Below are positions 24,100 through 35,419 of a stretch of 64,000 nucleotides of DNA, piece by piece. The stretch spans positions 10,106,001 to 10,170,000 of the forward strand of contig JAGIQG010000010.1 in the NCBI GenBank assembly GCA_024679065.1, in the 5' to 3' direction. Source of the stretch: Sphyrna mokarran (Eukaryota). Made by a program: the position numbers and the translations under genes. Every line of letters begins with the position of its first letter. Position 1 is the stretch's first letter. The notes beneath the pieces are model-generated. The model worked only from the letters and a program-made list of their open reading frames with translations. It made no database searches and had not been told where the DNA came from.

Positions 24100-24790
24100 C
24101 TTGAATTTAAACACATTTTTCATACTTGCTGGACATCTTCAGGTGCTTTACACCTGATGAATCACTTTTTGAAATGTGCTCACGAGTAACAAAGGGAACA
24201 AGGCATCACAGTAGCGCAATGGTTAGCACAGCTGCCTCACAGCACCATGGACCTGGGTTCGAATCCTGTCTTGGATCACTGTCTGTGTGCATGTTCTCTG
24301 TGTGGGTTTCCTCTAGGTGCACTGGTTTCCTCTCACAGTCTGAAGGGTGGGCGCACTGGCCATGCTAAATTCTCCTTCAGGGTACCTGAACAGGTGCTGG
24401 AGTGAGGTGACCAGGGGATTTTTACAGTTACTTCATTGAAGTATTCATGTAAGCTTACTTGTGATTACTAAATTAACTTAGATTGAACTCCGACAATCCC
24501 ATCAAAACGATCATGACTGGATAATCTGTTTCTTGTGATGTTAGTTGAGGGACAAATATTGACCAAGACACCAGGGATAATGCCCCTATCTTTTTTAAAT
24601 TAGTGCAATGGAATCCTTTACATCCATCTGAATAGGCAGATAAGACCTTGGTTCAACATCTCATTTCAAAGATAGATCATACAACAACGCAGTGTTCCTT
24701 CAGTACTGCACTGGAATGTCTGCCTTAATTTTTTGTGCTCAAGTCCTGAATAGAGATTTTAACTTGGAACCTTGTAATTCACAGGATGAG
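24100..24790 (-). mobile_element. Deu-type SINE interrupted by a + strand V-SINE (24202-24478)
   Basis: TTGAGGGACAAATATTGACCAAGACACCAGGGATAA (Deu core, reverse); tail resumes left of the insert. Confidence 0.7.
24202..24478 (+). mobile_element. V-SINE, tail type B
   Basis: Consensus match. Confidence 0.8.
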
Positions 24791-25039
24791 AGAGGGGAGA
24801 CTGTAAGAGCCCCAGGGTACATTTCACTTCAGCTGGGTAGAAACCTGATAATATCAAATCGATTGTAAACACTGCCCAATTTTCCTTTGTTTTAGGCCCA
24901 GAGTGGACTTAACATTTCCTGATAGGTACACATGACATGTATGAGGAGTAATAAAGCAGTAAATGCCTTAAACTAACAATGTGACTTCAATATGATTGTG
25001 TCAGTCTTCGTGAACTATCTACAAGGTGCGGTCACTGAG

Positions 25040-25265
25040 TGTCCTTCAACAACACCTTCCAAATCCACGAATCTTACCATCTAGAAGGTCAAGGCAGCAG
25101 ATATAGAGTCAAAATGCTGGAATTTCCTTCCCTACAGCACACTGGGTATACCTACACCACTGAGAGTGCAGTGGTTTGAGAAGGCAGTTCGCTACCATCT
25201 TCTCGAGGCCAATTAGGGATGGGTAATAAATGTTGACCTAGCCAGCAACACTGACTTGCCCTTGA
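25040..25265 (+). mobile_element. CR1-clade LINE 3' end, putative partner of the second SINE family
   Basis: Ends GAAGGCAGTTCGCTACCATCTTCTCGAGGCCAATTAGGGATGGGTAATAAATG; same tail as 26155-26440. Confidence 0.6.
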
Positions 25266-25902
25266 CAATTTAATCAAATAACTCAATATGAAACCCTGTT
25301 TGGCATGACTCACTTGTTAATCATACATATCACAGAATCACTTCCTAGATTAGATCTAAGCTCATAAGGTGATATGAACCGTAAGTGGAACATTCTTACC
25401 AAAATCAATGGTAGTAATTTCATGCGCGCTGAATTTGACTAAATTTCCGCCACTATGTTCGTTGTGAAATTAAGGAAGAGTGTGGTTGGAGGTTAAAGGA
25501 GTTTAACCCTTTCTGACATTGGATTGCCCTCAGTCTTGACTTACATTTACATTTACTCAGGATTCTATCCTATCTTCTCTCATAATAGACCAGTCAACCA
25601 CATCTTCAAAATGGTGTTCCTTCCCTTTCTCCTAACCAGAGTCATCGACCCCAATAGCTTAGCAACGTTAACTGAGCCATGATAATGCAGCAGGCCAGAG
25701 ATCCAATCACTGATTGGTGTTAAATGATCTATTCTGTATGATCAGGATAGCAGGGTTACCCTTAGTGACTGGACAGGGGAGGAGTAGATCAGTCAGGGTT
25801 CTCATTCCGGCTAGCTCTGGAGGAAGTTTATTTGATTTGCTGAACTATCTACAAGTTGAGTACGCTTAAGTGTTTTATTCTCGTAGTGCCCCCTCCCACT
25901 GG

Positions 25903-26440
25903 GAATGGTGATGGCCTGGTGATATTATCATCAGACTATAAAATTAGAAGCTCAGCTATTGTTCTGGGGAGCTGGGTTCAAATGTGAATTCAGCAAAAAA
26001 TATCTGGAATTAAGACCAGACTGCTGACCATGAGACCATTGTTGGAAAAACCTATTTGGTTCACTTTAGGGGAGGGAAGGAAATCTGCCATCATTACCTG
26101 GTCTGGCCAACATGTGACTCCAGAGCCACATCAACATGGTTGACTCTGCTATCACTCCATTAGTAATCCAGAAACACAGCTAATGTTCTGGGGAATTGTG
26201 TTTGAATCTGGCCACGCAGATGGTGGAATTGCAATAAAAAATACCTGGACTTAGGAAGCTACCATGAAACCATTGTCAATTGTTAGAAAAACTAATGTCC
26301 TTTAGAGACGGAAATCTGCTGTCCTTACCTGGTCTGGCCTACTTGTGACTTGTATCTCAACTGCCCTCCAAGGGCATGTAGGATTGGGCAATAAATGCTG
26401 GCCAGCCAGTGACGCCCATGTCCCACGAATCAATTAAAAA
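25903..26440 (+). mobile_element. Two tandem copies of the second tRNA-derived SINE family (25903-26150, 26155-26440)
   Basis: Each has GTTCTGGGGA..GGAAATCTGC..TTACCTGGTCTGGCC..TGTGACT. Confidence 0.8.
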
Positions 26441-26699
26441 AACATACATCACGAGTGCAGCAGTTGAAAGGATGCAGGTTTTAAGTTGAAGTTGTTCTTC
26501 CCTGAGATGAACTGCTCAACAAGCTGGAAAGTTTCAGCTGTCCTTTCATATTGTCATCCAATCCATTGGCATTGTCTGTCTTTTCCAGTGCTGTTAACTG
26601 ACAAAGACTTTGCTAATTTGCCAATGGCTGGAGGTATAAAATGAGAGTTTTCTTTTTCTTTGGTAGGCTATCAACCAAGGCACATAAACCCTATCTTAC

Positions 26700-27012
26700 T
26701 GAATCACAAAATCCCTACAGTACAGAAGGAGGCCATTCAGCCTGCACCGACAACAATCACATCTAGGCACTATCCCCGTAACCCTATGCATTCACCTTGT
26801 TAATCACCCTGACAACAAGGGACAATTTAGCATGGCCAATCAACCTCACATTTGGGAGGAAACTGGAGAACCCAGACAAAACTCACTCAGTGTTGAGGTA
26901 GGTTTCACTGGGGAGAACTGCAAATCCCACAAAGACAATCATCCAAGGCCGGGAATTGAACCTGGGTCCCTGGCGCTGTGAGGCAACAGTGTTAACAACT
27001 GTGCCATTGTGC
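26700..27012 (-). mobile_element. V-SINE, tail type A
   Basis: Consensus match. Confidence 0.8.
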
Positions 27013-27370
27013 TTTTCCAGATCTGTTTGGTTTTGAGGGAGCAGACACTTGCCTTCATTCCGCTGCCCACAGTTCCAAGCAGGGATCAACATGCAAAGCC
27101 AGACAGTAGGAGTTTGATTCTGAGAGGTTACTCGAGACATTGACCAAACGGGCCTTCCTGTGGGTGAAGAGCATCTCAACTCTCTTTACCCTCCTGGTCC
27201 TTGCTAACCCTTGTTGGAACTACATCTGGTATGCTGGAAATACACACAAACAAGTTGATCTGGGACTCAGGTGTAAGGTCCTACATTTCCAATATCCTAC
27301 CAAGAATGACAGTCGATAATAGCCACTTGGGTAAAGGGCTAGAAGGACACACTGGCAACTGTATAGCATT

Positions 27371-27920
27371 TGTACGACAATCACCAGGCAGGTGTGTTCC
27401 CTTCCAGTCGGGAACACTTCAGCAGTCAAGGACATTCAGCCTCTGATCTTTGGGTAAGTGTTCTCCAAGATGACCTTCAAAACACACGACAACACAAAAT
27501 CACCGAGCAGAAACTGAGACCCAAGTTCCGCATGCATGAGATTGGCCTCAACCAGGTTCTTGGGTTCATGTCACACTACATTTAACCCCTGCCATTTGGC
27601 CTGGGCTTGCAAAATCTTGCTAATTGTTCTGATAATTCACACCCTCTTTAATCTGTGATTATCTCTCTCTCCACTTTCACTGTCTGTACTTGCAAAGACT
27701 TGATTACCTGCAAAGACTCACACATTCCAACCATTATCTTATAATTGTGTCTTTGTCTATATACGTGATGTTTATGAAACCTATCTTTACACTCACTTGA
27801 TGAAGGAACAGCGCTCCAAAAGCTCATGATTCCAAATAAACCTGTTGGAATTTAGCCTGGCATTGTGAGACTTCTTACTGTGCCTACTCCAGCCCAATGT
27901 TGGCATCGCCACATCATGGC
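27371..27920 (+). mobile_element. Penelope-like retroelement 3' part: GIY-YIG endonuclease C-terminus plus 3' UTR with degenerate hammerhead
   Basis: ORF 27370: EHFSSQGHSASDL.VSVLQ..EQKL..KF..H..GLN..LGF, the typical PLE endonuclease end; hammerhead remnant CAC-TTGATGA-A-GGAAC(AGC)GCTCC-AAAA-GCTC at about 27794-27828. Confidence 0.85.
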
Positions 27921-27944
27921 AAATGTATAAGTTTAAGTTTTTTC

Positions 27945-28218
27945 AAGTTTATTTATTAGTGTCACAAATAGCTTACATTAACACAAGTTAGTGTGAAGGT
28001 CCCCCAGTCACCACATTCCGGTGCCTATTCAGATACACTGAGGGAGAATTTAGCATGGCCAATGCACCCAACCAGCACATCTTTTCGACTGTGGGAAGAA
28101 ACCGGAGCAGCCAGAGGAAACGCATGCAGACACAGGGGGAAACTCTGCTCAGACAGTAACCCAAGCCAGGAATCAAACATAGGTCCCTAGCATTGTAAAG
28201 CAGCAGTGCTAACCGATT
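27945..28218 (-). mobile_element. V-SINE, tail type B
   Basis: Consensus match. Confidence 0.85.
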
Positions 28219-28747
28219 GTCAACAATGTCACAAAATGGAGGCGGCATGTACCGAGTTGTACAAAAAGAGTAAAGAAAACTGTTCTCTAACCTGCTCAGT
28301 TCTCCGAGACATCAAAATAGATAGTATTATGAGCACATTTTGTTGTAGCAAACATCATTACCAGGAGAACCTGCCTATAAGGCCCTATTGATACCAATTT
28401 TTGAGATCAGGCAATAGATCTATCAAAATCATTTATGAAGGTGTTCCTATTTTCATCCAACAATAATCTTTTTGCAGGATGCTAGAGCCCAGAATTTGCA
28501 AAGTTATATTATTGAAAGCTCAAAGCCTGGCATTGAGTGGGCTAGAATAAGATATCAGAAAGGGTTCGAGTGGAATCACTATTTGAGCAGTGAGCTTTGC
28601 GCTGACAACACTGAATATTAAAATTTAAGGAATTGCAGCAGTCTCACATTTATGAATGTTTTCATATTAGTCGACACAGGAGTGATCTTTAAAGAGAAAT
28701 ATTAGCCTGAAATTTCCTGGAATGTACTCCCATGGAAATAATACACG

Positions 28748-28866
28748 GAGTGGGATTTCCTGGCTGCGCTTGCTCCAAAACTGGAAAATCCCATCCGACT
28801 TCAGCAGACCTTTCCACCCCTCGCCCGCTCCGATTCCTGTGGCGGGCAGAATGGGAAAATTCGCCC
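28748..28866. mobile_element. ~120-bp TIR/MITE copy
   Basis: GAGTGGGATTTCC..GGAAAATTCGCCC. Confidence 0.7.
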
Positions 28867-29211
28867 AGGATTTTGAACAGTGGTCTTGCACCCAAATTTC
28901 CTGAGTCGTATCAGGATTTCTCAAGGTGCGGAGAGCAGCGTCAGCCAAGCGAAAATCAACAGGAACAAACAATCAGGTTGTGAAATTACAAAGCTACCAC
29001 AATTAATGCATGTCAGGCTCAGTATGTTTGAGAAAATGCAGATGTAAGCTTTTCTTTCTTTAATGGAGTGCATAACAATGCCACAACAAAAAAAATCACA
29101 TCAAAGTATGGAAAGTTCATTGGGGCTCTGCAGGAGGAGAAATAAAAGAAACTGCTAAAAAGGGTCAGTAAAATTTAGCAACAGAAAGGAACTTCAGCTC
29201 TGCTGTATTTT

Positions 29212-29337
29212 GGCCAGAATTTTCCCACCCTGCTGCCACTGCAATTGTAGTGGGCGGGTTATGGACAATGTGAAGGCCCATTGACTGTTGGGTGGGAATT
29301 TCTGACTTTTAGACCAATGCGGCGGAGAATGGCGCTA
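29212..29337. mobile_element. ~125-bp TIR/MITE copy
   Basis: GGCCAGAATTTTCC..; flanked TTT/TTT. Confidence 0.6.
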
Positions 29338-29896
29338 TTTCCATAGTTTACATCCGTTCAAGTGATGTGTAAATGCAGGAAATCCACAATCTCCGGACAG
29401 CACTTCCCAGCGCCGCCAGCATGAGGGATGGAATGGGAAAATTTGGATAGTGGCCTAAAGTCAATTGATGACACCCGCCAATGATGAGACTAGAAAATCC
29501 ATGCCTTGAGTTTCTGGCAATGTGAGCAAGCTATGTTCATAGGTCAAGTGGGTGATTTCAGAGAATTAAACTGGGCAGCAACACCAATGTTGGAAGTAAT
29601 CATGGTGCAAAACAAGTCTAAATCACTTCTCTCCAAATTTGCACAGGAAAAGAGAATAAAATGGCCCTGTCTTGTTGCTGCAGTTACTCTGAAACCTCCA
29701 GGAAATGCTGTACCTTAGTGCACAGTCCATTCAGATGGACCGAGTAGCAACTCTGGAAGTGTTCAGTGAAGTCTATGTGTAATTGGAGTGTCACAGTGTT
29801 TGCAAAAGTGAGACGGGAATATTTTTCATGACAGATTACATTTTGTGAACATGAAGGGACTCTTTATTTGGTAGCTTACTCTTTGAGGGAACTCAC

Positions 29897-30061
29897 CAAT
29901 ACTGGAGTTCATGTCGCCATTTTCAGACTCTGTGCCATGCTGGTTGCTGTTACCGTGGAAGCTATTCATGGCCTCCAGCTTGATCTTCTTTGCCTTCATG
30001 GCCTCTGCTATGGCAGCATTGGTAGCTGCTGCAGCGGCGGCTGCTGCTGCTGCCGTCAGAC
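29897..30061 (-). CDS. DACH1: Internal coding exon of dachshund homolog 1 (equivalent to human DACH1 exon 3), 165 nt, phase 1-1
   Basis: Translates (G)LTAAAAAAAAAATNAAIAEAMKAKKIKLEAMNSFHGNSNQHGTESENGDMNSSI(G), matching recalled DACH1 GLTA(n)TNAAIAEAMKVKKIKLEAMSNYHASNNQHGADSENGDMNSSVG; DACH2 lacks the poly-Ala/TNAAIA. Acceptor tcttctctttctcag|G (AG at 30063-30062); donor ATTG|gtgagt (GT at 29896-29895). Confidence 0.95.
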
Positions 30062-30227
30062 CTGAGAAAGAGAAGACAAGAAGAGATAGATGGTGAGATA
30101 GGTAAACACATCTCAGGTTAGCCTGCGATACATTAAACTTCATAAATATCAGTTCATTCAAACTTCTGCCAACTGTATCCCAGCTTGTTCATTCTTCACC
30201 CCTATGTTCCCTGACCTGGGTTGGCTT

Positions 30228-30388
30228 TTATTTATTCATTCATGAGACATGAGCATTGCTAAGCATTTATTGCCCATCCTTAATTGTCCTTGCAGTTGAG
30301 AGTCAACCACATTGCTGTGCCTCTGGAGTCACATGTAGGCCAGACCAGGTAAGGATGCCAGATTTCCTTCCCTGAAGGACATTAGTGC
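30228..30388 (-). mobile_element. Second SINE family 3' fragment
   Basis: GAGTCACATGTAGGCCAGACCAGGTAAGGATGCCAGATTTCCTTCCC. Confidence 0.75.
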
Positions 30389-30446
30389 AAGATTAAAGCA
30401 CATGGGATTGGGGGAAGTATTGAGATGGATGGATAACTAAAGCAAA

Positions 30447-30648
30447 GTTTATTTATTCGTCACAAGTAAGGCTTCCATCAACACTGCAATAAAATTACTG
30501 TGAAATTCCCTTAGTCGCCACAGTCCAGTGCCCATTCGGGTCAATGAACCTAACCAGCACGTCTTTCTGAATGTGGAAGAAAACCGGAGCATGAGGAGGG
30601 ATCCCACACAGGCAAGAGAAGATAGACAGTGACCCAAGCTGGGAATCC
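30447..30648 (-). mobile_element. V-SINE, tail type B
   Basis: Consensus match, head truncated. Confidence 0.8.
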
Positions 30649-30659
30649 ATTGGAATTCT

Positions 30660-30796
30660 CCATTCACCTGATGAAGAGGCAAACCCTGAAAGTTTGTGAG
30701 TTTACTATCAAATAAATTGGTTGTACTTTAACCTGGTGTTGTGAGACTTCTTACTGTGTTTACCCCAGTCCAACACCGGCATCTCCACACCATGAC
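30660..30796 (+). mobile_element. PLE terminal fragment
   Basis: Homologous to 27790-27920. Confidence 0.8.
30665..30698 (+). ncRNA. Minimal hammerhead motif (core intact, stem II weakened)
   Basis: CAC-CUGAUGA-AGAGGCAAACCCU-GAAA-GUUU-GUG. Confidence 0.55.
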
Positions 30797-31299
30797 GGGG
30801 AGTTGCCATCAGCGGGACTGGAAGAACCTATCAGTGGGATCAGCCTGGAAAATCCTGCCCTTGGTGTTAACTATTGCTTGCTGACTGCATTTCTGATATA
30901 TCTGGAGAAGTCCCACTGTCTTAGATGCACAATGGAAATGCTAGTTGTTGCTGTAATGCTCTTTCATAGCAAAGTAGTCCATTGCTACTCAATTTCAAGA
31001 CCACAGATCAAGCAGACAACTTGGGTGGCATACTATAGTCCTGCCATCACTCTCTCTCTTAGATGTGGGTGCAAATTGCCATCTTCAAAGGAAAAGAAAG
31101 GAGAAAGGAACATTAGAAATTTATCCAAATAACCTATCCTAACCAATCAATGCCCTTACATCTGGCATCCTTTCATCAGTGAAGCCCAAATTTGTATCTG
31201 AACTGAAGGAAGGAAGAGCCTAAGTTTATTCCTCTATCTGTGTTTCGGTTGTGAACATCCCACTCTGTGTCCTTCTCATTTGCTTGACCCAGACTATGA

Positions 31300-32010
31300 A
31301 ATTGGACGTTTAAATCGGGCTGATTGTCGGTGACAGATGCAAATCACCAATTACTGAGTAAATTGAAGAATATATCAGGCAACCAATGGAGAACTTTCTT
31401 GTAGTATGAGAGCAAAATGCCACTATTATGATTAAATCTGACACAGCTTAGAAGAGAATTAAAAGTTAGAAGAATGCCCTATTAGCAAATCCATGCTGGC
31501 TCTGGAAAGCTTCATAAAAATTCTTGAACATACATGTACATAATGGCAATTGGTCTGTTTGTGGGATGCAGTGGCAATTAGTCCGGGTAGAGGGGTTGCA
31601 ATCAGCTGCGCAGTCCCACAGTAGCGGGGGGAGGGGTAGGTGGTGATGAATCACAGAAGCTGACTATAGCTGGGGAGGCAGTGACAGGTTTCTGTGCTCA
31701 CAGAGTGCAGAGATCTGCACATCAGAAATTGCACTCTATGCTGCTATCAGCTGGCTTTCGGGTGTTTTAGGCCTTGCCCACTCCTCTTGTTAGCAGATTG
31801 CAAATTTGGTTTAATTTTTTTGGCAAAATTAGGCAACTCGATAATTAAGCCACCCAAAAGGACAGCACTAATTTCTCCTGTTTTCATGCTCATTCAGGAT
31901 TTAGAATTTTTTTGGCAAGAACGCATCCACAGAATTTCCCTTTCTTAAATAACCTATTGTCAGTGTTAATCTGATGATTAATGGATCTCATTTGAGCACT
32001 GACATTGCAA
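31300..32010. promoter_or_regulatory. Candidate enhancer cluster
   Basis: Repeat-free; TGACAG plus ATGCAAAT at 31331-31344; TGTCA 31958 next to TGATTAATGG 31975. Confidence 0.45.
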
Positions 32011-32424
32011 GTGGTAAGATGAACCAGTGGAAACAGCGATATGTACACCTCCATTGTCCATCTTGGGGATAGTCATCAGAATGTAATGAGTCAGGATCAT
32101 TTGGTTCAAGAGTCTTTGAAAGAATCCTCCTCACAGACACTATTCCAGACGATTCACCCTTGGAGGAAATGTTCTGCTAAATTACTTTCTGCATTGTTCT
32201 TAGATACAAATAGCCAGAATGCCTATTTAAATTTGCTTCTTACTGCATTAAACTTACCAGGATTATTAATTTAACATTTCTATACTCTGGCAGCAACTTA
32301 GCTGATCATGTTTCAGGCAAAATTTAATCATCTATATCCACATATGTTAGAATAGCTCACCGAATACAGATGTTAATCAGATATTTACACTTCTCCAATC
32401 TCATCATGATATGCAATAGCAGTA

Positions 32425-32695
32425 CAGAGGCACAGTGGTTGACGCTGCTGTCTCGCAATGCCAGGGACCTGGGTTTGATTCCCGGGTCACTGTGTGGAAT
32501 TTGCACTTTCTCCTCATGTTTGGGTGGGTTTCCTCTCACAGTCCAAAGATATGTAGTTTGGTGCATTGGCTGTGCTAAATTCTCTCTCAGTGTGTCTGAA
32601 CAGGCGCTGGATTGTGGCGACCAGGGGATTTTCACAGTAACTTCATCATAGTGTGAATGTAAGCCTACTTGTGACTAATAAATAAATAAAATAAA
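32425..32695 (+). mobile_element. V-SINE, tail type B
   Basis: Consensus match with (AATA)n end. Confidence 0.85.
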
Positions 32696-32751
32696 GTCAC
32701 TTTTGGATATGGAGTCTCCTGTATCAAACGCTAACTGGCCGTTTCTGATAT

Positions 32752-32876
32752 CGATGGGATTTGCTGTCTACGCTCACCCCAAGGCCAGAATGTCCTGCCC
32801 AAGGTCAATGAATCTTTGCATGGTCCATGAACCACCTGCTCCATTCCTATGTGGGCAGGATGGGAAAATTCCATCC
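32752..32876. mobile_element. ~125-bp TIR/MITE copy
   Basis: GATGGGATTT..GGAAAATTCCATCC. Confidence 0.65.
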
Positions 32877-33339
32877 ATTACACGTTCACGATGACTTCAT
32901 CAGTTCACTGAAACACTTCAGAGTGTAAGTTGATCTAAACAGACAACTCGAACACCTCTGTGCCATTTGTAGTGACCATTTTGAAATGTCTGCAATGTTT
33001 CTTTGGACTGCATTAAAGCATTTCAGAAAGCCGCGAGAACTATATAGAAAACCTGAATATCATTGCCCTCCCTATGATAGCCATTTTGAAATATCTATAA
33101 TGATGTTCAGGTATTTTATGGATAAAGTATTTTTCTTGCAAAAAAAAAACTTCCAGCAGGTCATTCATTCAACAATGTGGGAATAAAAAACACTTTTTAT
33201 TCCCTCAGTGATTTTTTTCTTATGGAATTGGCCTGGAGGGTTGGCAACCATGAATAGTCCATCTGACCTATCTACAATCAAATCCTTCTGAGATGCGCCT
33301 CTATATCAACACTTACCTGATCACATTAACTACCACTAT

Positions 33340-33668
33340 TTGTTTATTTATTTGTGTCACAAGTAACACTGCAATGAAGTTACTGTGAAAATCCCCTAGT
33401 CGCCACACTCTGGCATCTGTTCAGGTACACTGAGGGGGAATTTAAAATGGCCAATGCACCAAACCAGCATGTCTTTCAGACTGTGGGAAGAAACTGGAGC
33501 ACCCGGAAAAAGTGCAAAGTCCATGCAAACACACAGACATACAGACACACAGACGCGCAGACACATGAGAGGGACCCAAACCCCAGGAATCAAACCCTGT
33601 CCCTGGTGCTATGAGGTAGCACTGCTAACCGTGCTGCCCTTAAGTAATCTCATGCCACCGTGCCATCC
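33340..33668 (-). mobile_element. V-SINE, tail type B with internal CA-rich expansion
   Basis: Consensus match. Confidence 0.8.
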
Positions 33669-34199
33669 TTAAATAATCTCCTTGATGAAGGATGAAAATG
33701 AATATGAATGTTCCAAACATTTTGTTAGCAATGTCCTCAGGCTATCCAGGATTAACCTTTCTGAAATGTGCAAGTTTCACATTTGGCTTTCAACAAAATG
33801 TTCATGTTCTAACATATACAGTTTAATATGAAAAGCATGCCTACAGAATAAAGTTGCAAAGTTTTGCACTTTCCCTTCCACTCTATCTACACCACCATCA
33901 CAATCTCTCATGTGAAGTAAGAGCCAAAGGTTACAGTTGAAGGGCAGAGCCCAGTGCACAGTCCTTCAGTTACCAAAGCAGAGGTTACAACATGGTCAGC
34001 AAAGTAAGGTCACAATGAGTGAGGCCAAATGAGAGAGAAAGGTGCATGAACATTCTCTGCAGAACTGCTACAGATCTTCATAGGATCGATGACACCACAG
34101 AAATGACTAGGAAGGAAAAATTAATGACATTGCTCTGAGAAAAGTCTCTTTTGTTCATGGATTATAAAAGCATTGGACACGGACAAAAAGCAGTTTTAA

Positions 34200-34700
34200 T
34201 GATCATAGAATCCCTCAGTGCAGAACAGGCCATTCGGCCCATTGTGTCCACACCGACTCTCTGACAGAGCAACCCATCCAGGCTATCTTCTTGCCCTAAC
34301 CCTGTAACCACGCACATTTCCCATGGCTAATACATCTAACGTACACATCTTGGGACACTAAGAGGCAATATAGCATTGCCAACCAACCTAACCTACACAT
34401 CTTTTTTGATTTGATTTCTTATTATCTTATTGTCACATGTATTAGTATACAGTGAAAAGTATTATTTCTTACGCGCTGTACAGACAAAGCATACCATTCG
34501 CAGAGAAGGAAAGGAGTGCGTACAGAATGTGGTGTTACAATCATAGCCAGGGTGCAGAGAAAGATCAACTCAGTGCAAGATGGGCCCATTCAAAAGTCTG
34601 ATGACAGCAGGGAAGGAACTGTTCTTGAGTTGGTTGGTACATGGGACACTAAGGAACAATTTAGCATGGCCAATTCACCTAAACTGCACATCTTTGGACT
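34200..34700 (-). mobile_element. V-SINE type A fragment containing a Rex/Babar 3' insertion (about 34405-34640)
   Basis: TTGATTTGATT..TACAGTGAAAAGTATT Rex tail inside SINE sequence. Confidence 0.75.
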
Positions 34701-35419
34701 TGACTCATCAGTCAATCGGGCAACAAACTTCTCAAGGCCATCCGTCATAAGTACAGACATGGTGGGCAACCAACAGCAGGAGGGTGGAAAGTGGGGCAGC
34801 TGGACACATAAGGTCATATGATGATAGGTGAATGTCCAATCTGATTTGGTAATGCCCCATGCACTGGCTGCGTATCTGCTTTGAGCACTTGTGCATATTG
34901 GACTGGAGAGGAAAGGAATCCTAACAGGGTGTGTCATTTAAACTGCCTTCAGGATCATTTTAACATATAACATCCATGGAAAATGATATCCTTCAATAAA
35001 TCGGTGCAGGTATTATCAGTAGGATTTCAGTATCACATCACCGGTGCTTAGAAAGAGAAGTTGGATAAATCTAGGAGGAGGAAAAGAATTTGAAGATGGT
35101 TGGGCTGCTCAGGCAAGGCAAAGAGAGATGAAAAGATGCCTGTGCGGAGCTTAAGTAGCAGCATAGACATGTTGGGCCGAATATCCAATTTCTGCGCATT
35201 GTATTACTGGGTGAGTGCAATTTAGACGCAAAATCTACCTGGTCTGAAAAAAACAACTGACAAAACAATGTCAATGTTAAATGTCTGCCCTTTCATTTTG
35301 TGTACAGAGTATCTTAAGCTGTCAAACATTCTAAAGTTTTAACAGTTTATTTATTAGTGTCCCAAGTAGGCTTACATTAACACTGTAATGAAGTCAGTGG
35401 GGAAAAGGGGGGGTCTATG

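Larger units (their letters stand above)
1..29896 (-). other. DACH1: DACH1 intron downstream of the exon (continues beyond window)
   Basis: Starts with GTGAGT donor; no following DACH1 exon (SSDGSWDK.. or LELPFMMMPHP..) recognised in the window. Inferred. Confidence 0.7.

Noticed and set aside
27020-27370. Possible inverted 5' part of the adjacent Penelope-like element
   Set aside because: No recognisable RT motif in any listed translation; left unassigned.
29826-30161. The whole 111-aa ORF as a gene
   Set aside because: Only 29897-30061 matches DACH1 and is bounded by splice sites; the flanks are intron read-through. Overlapping + strand ORFs are antisense shadows.
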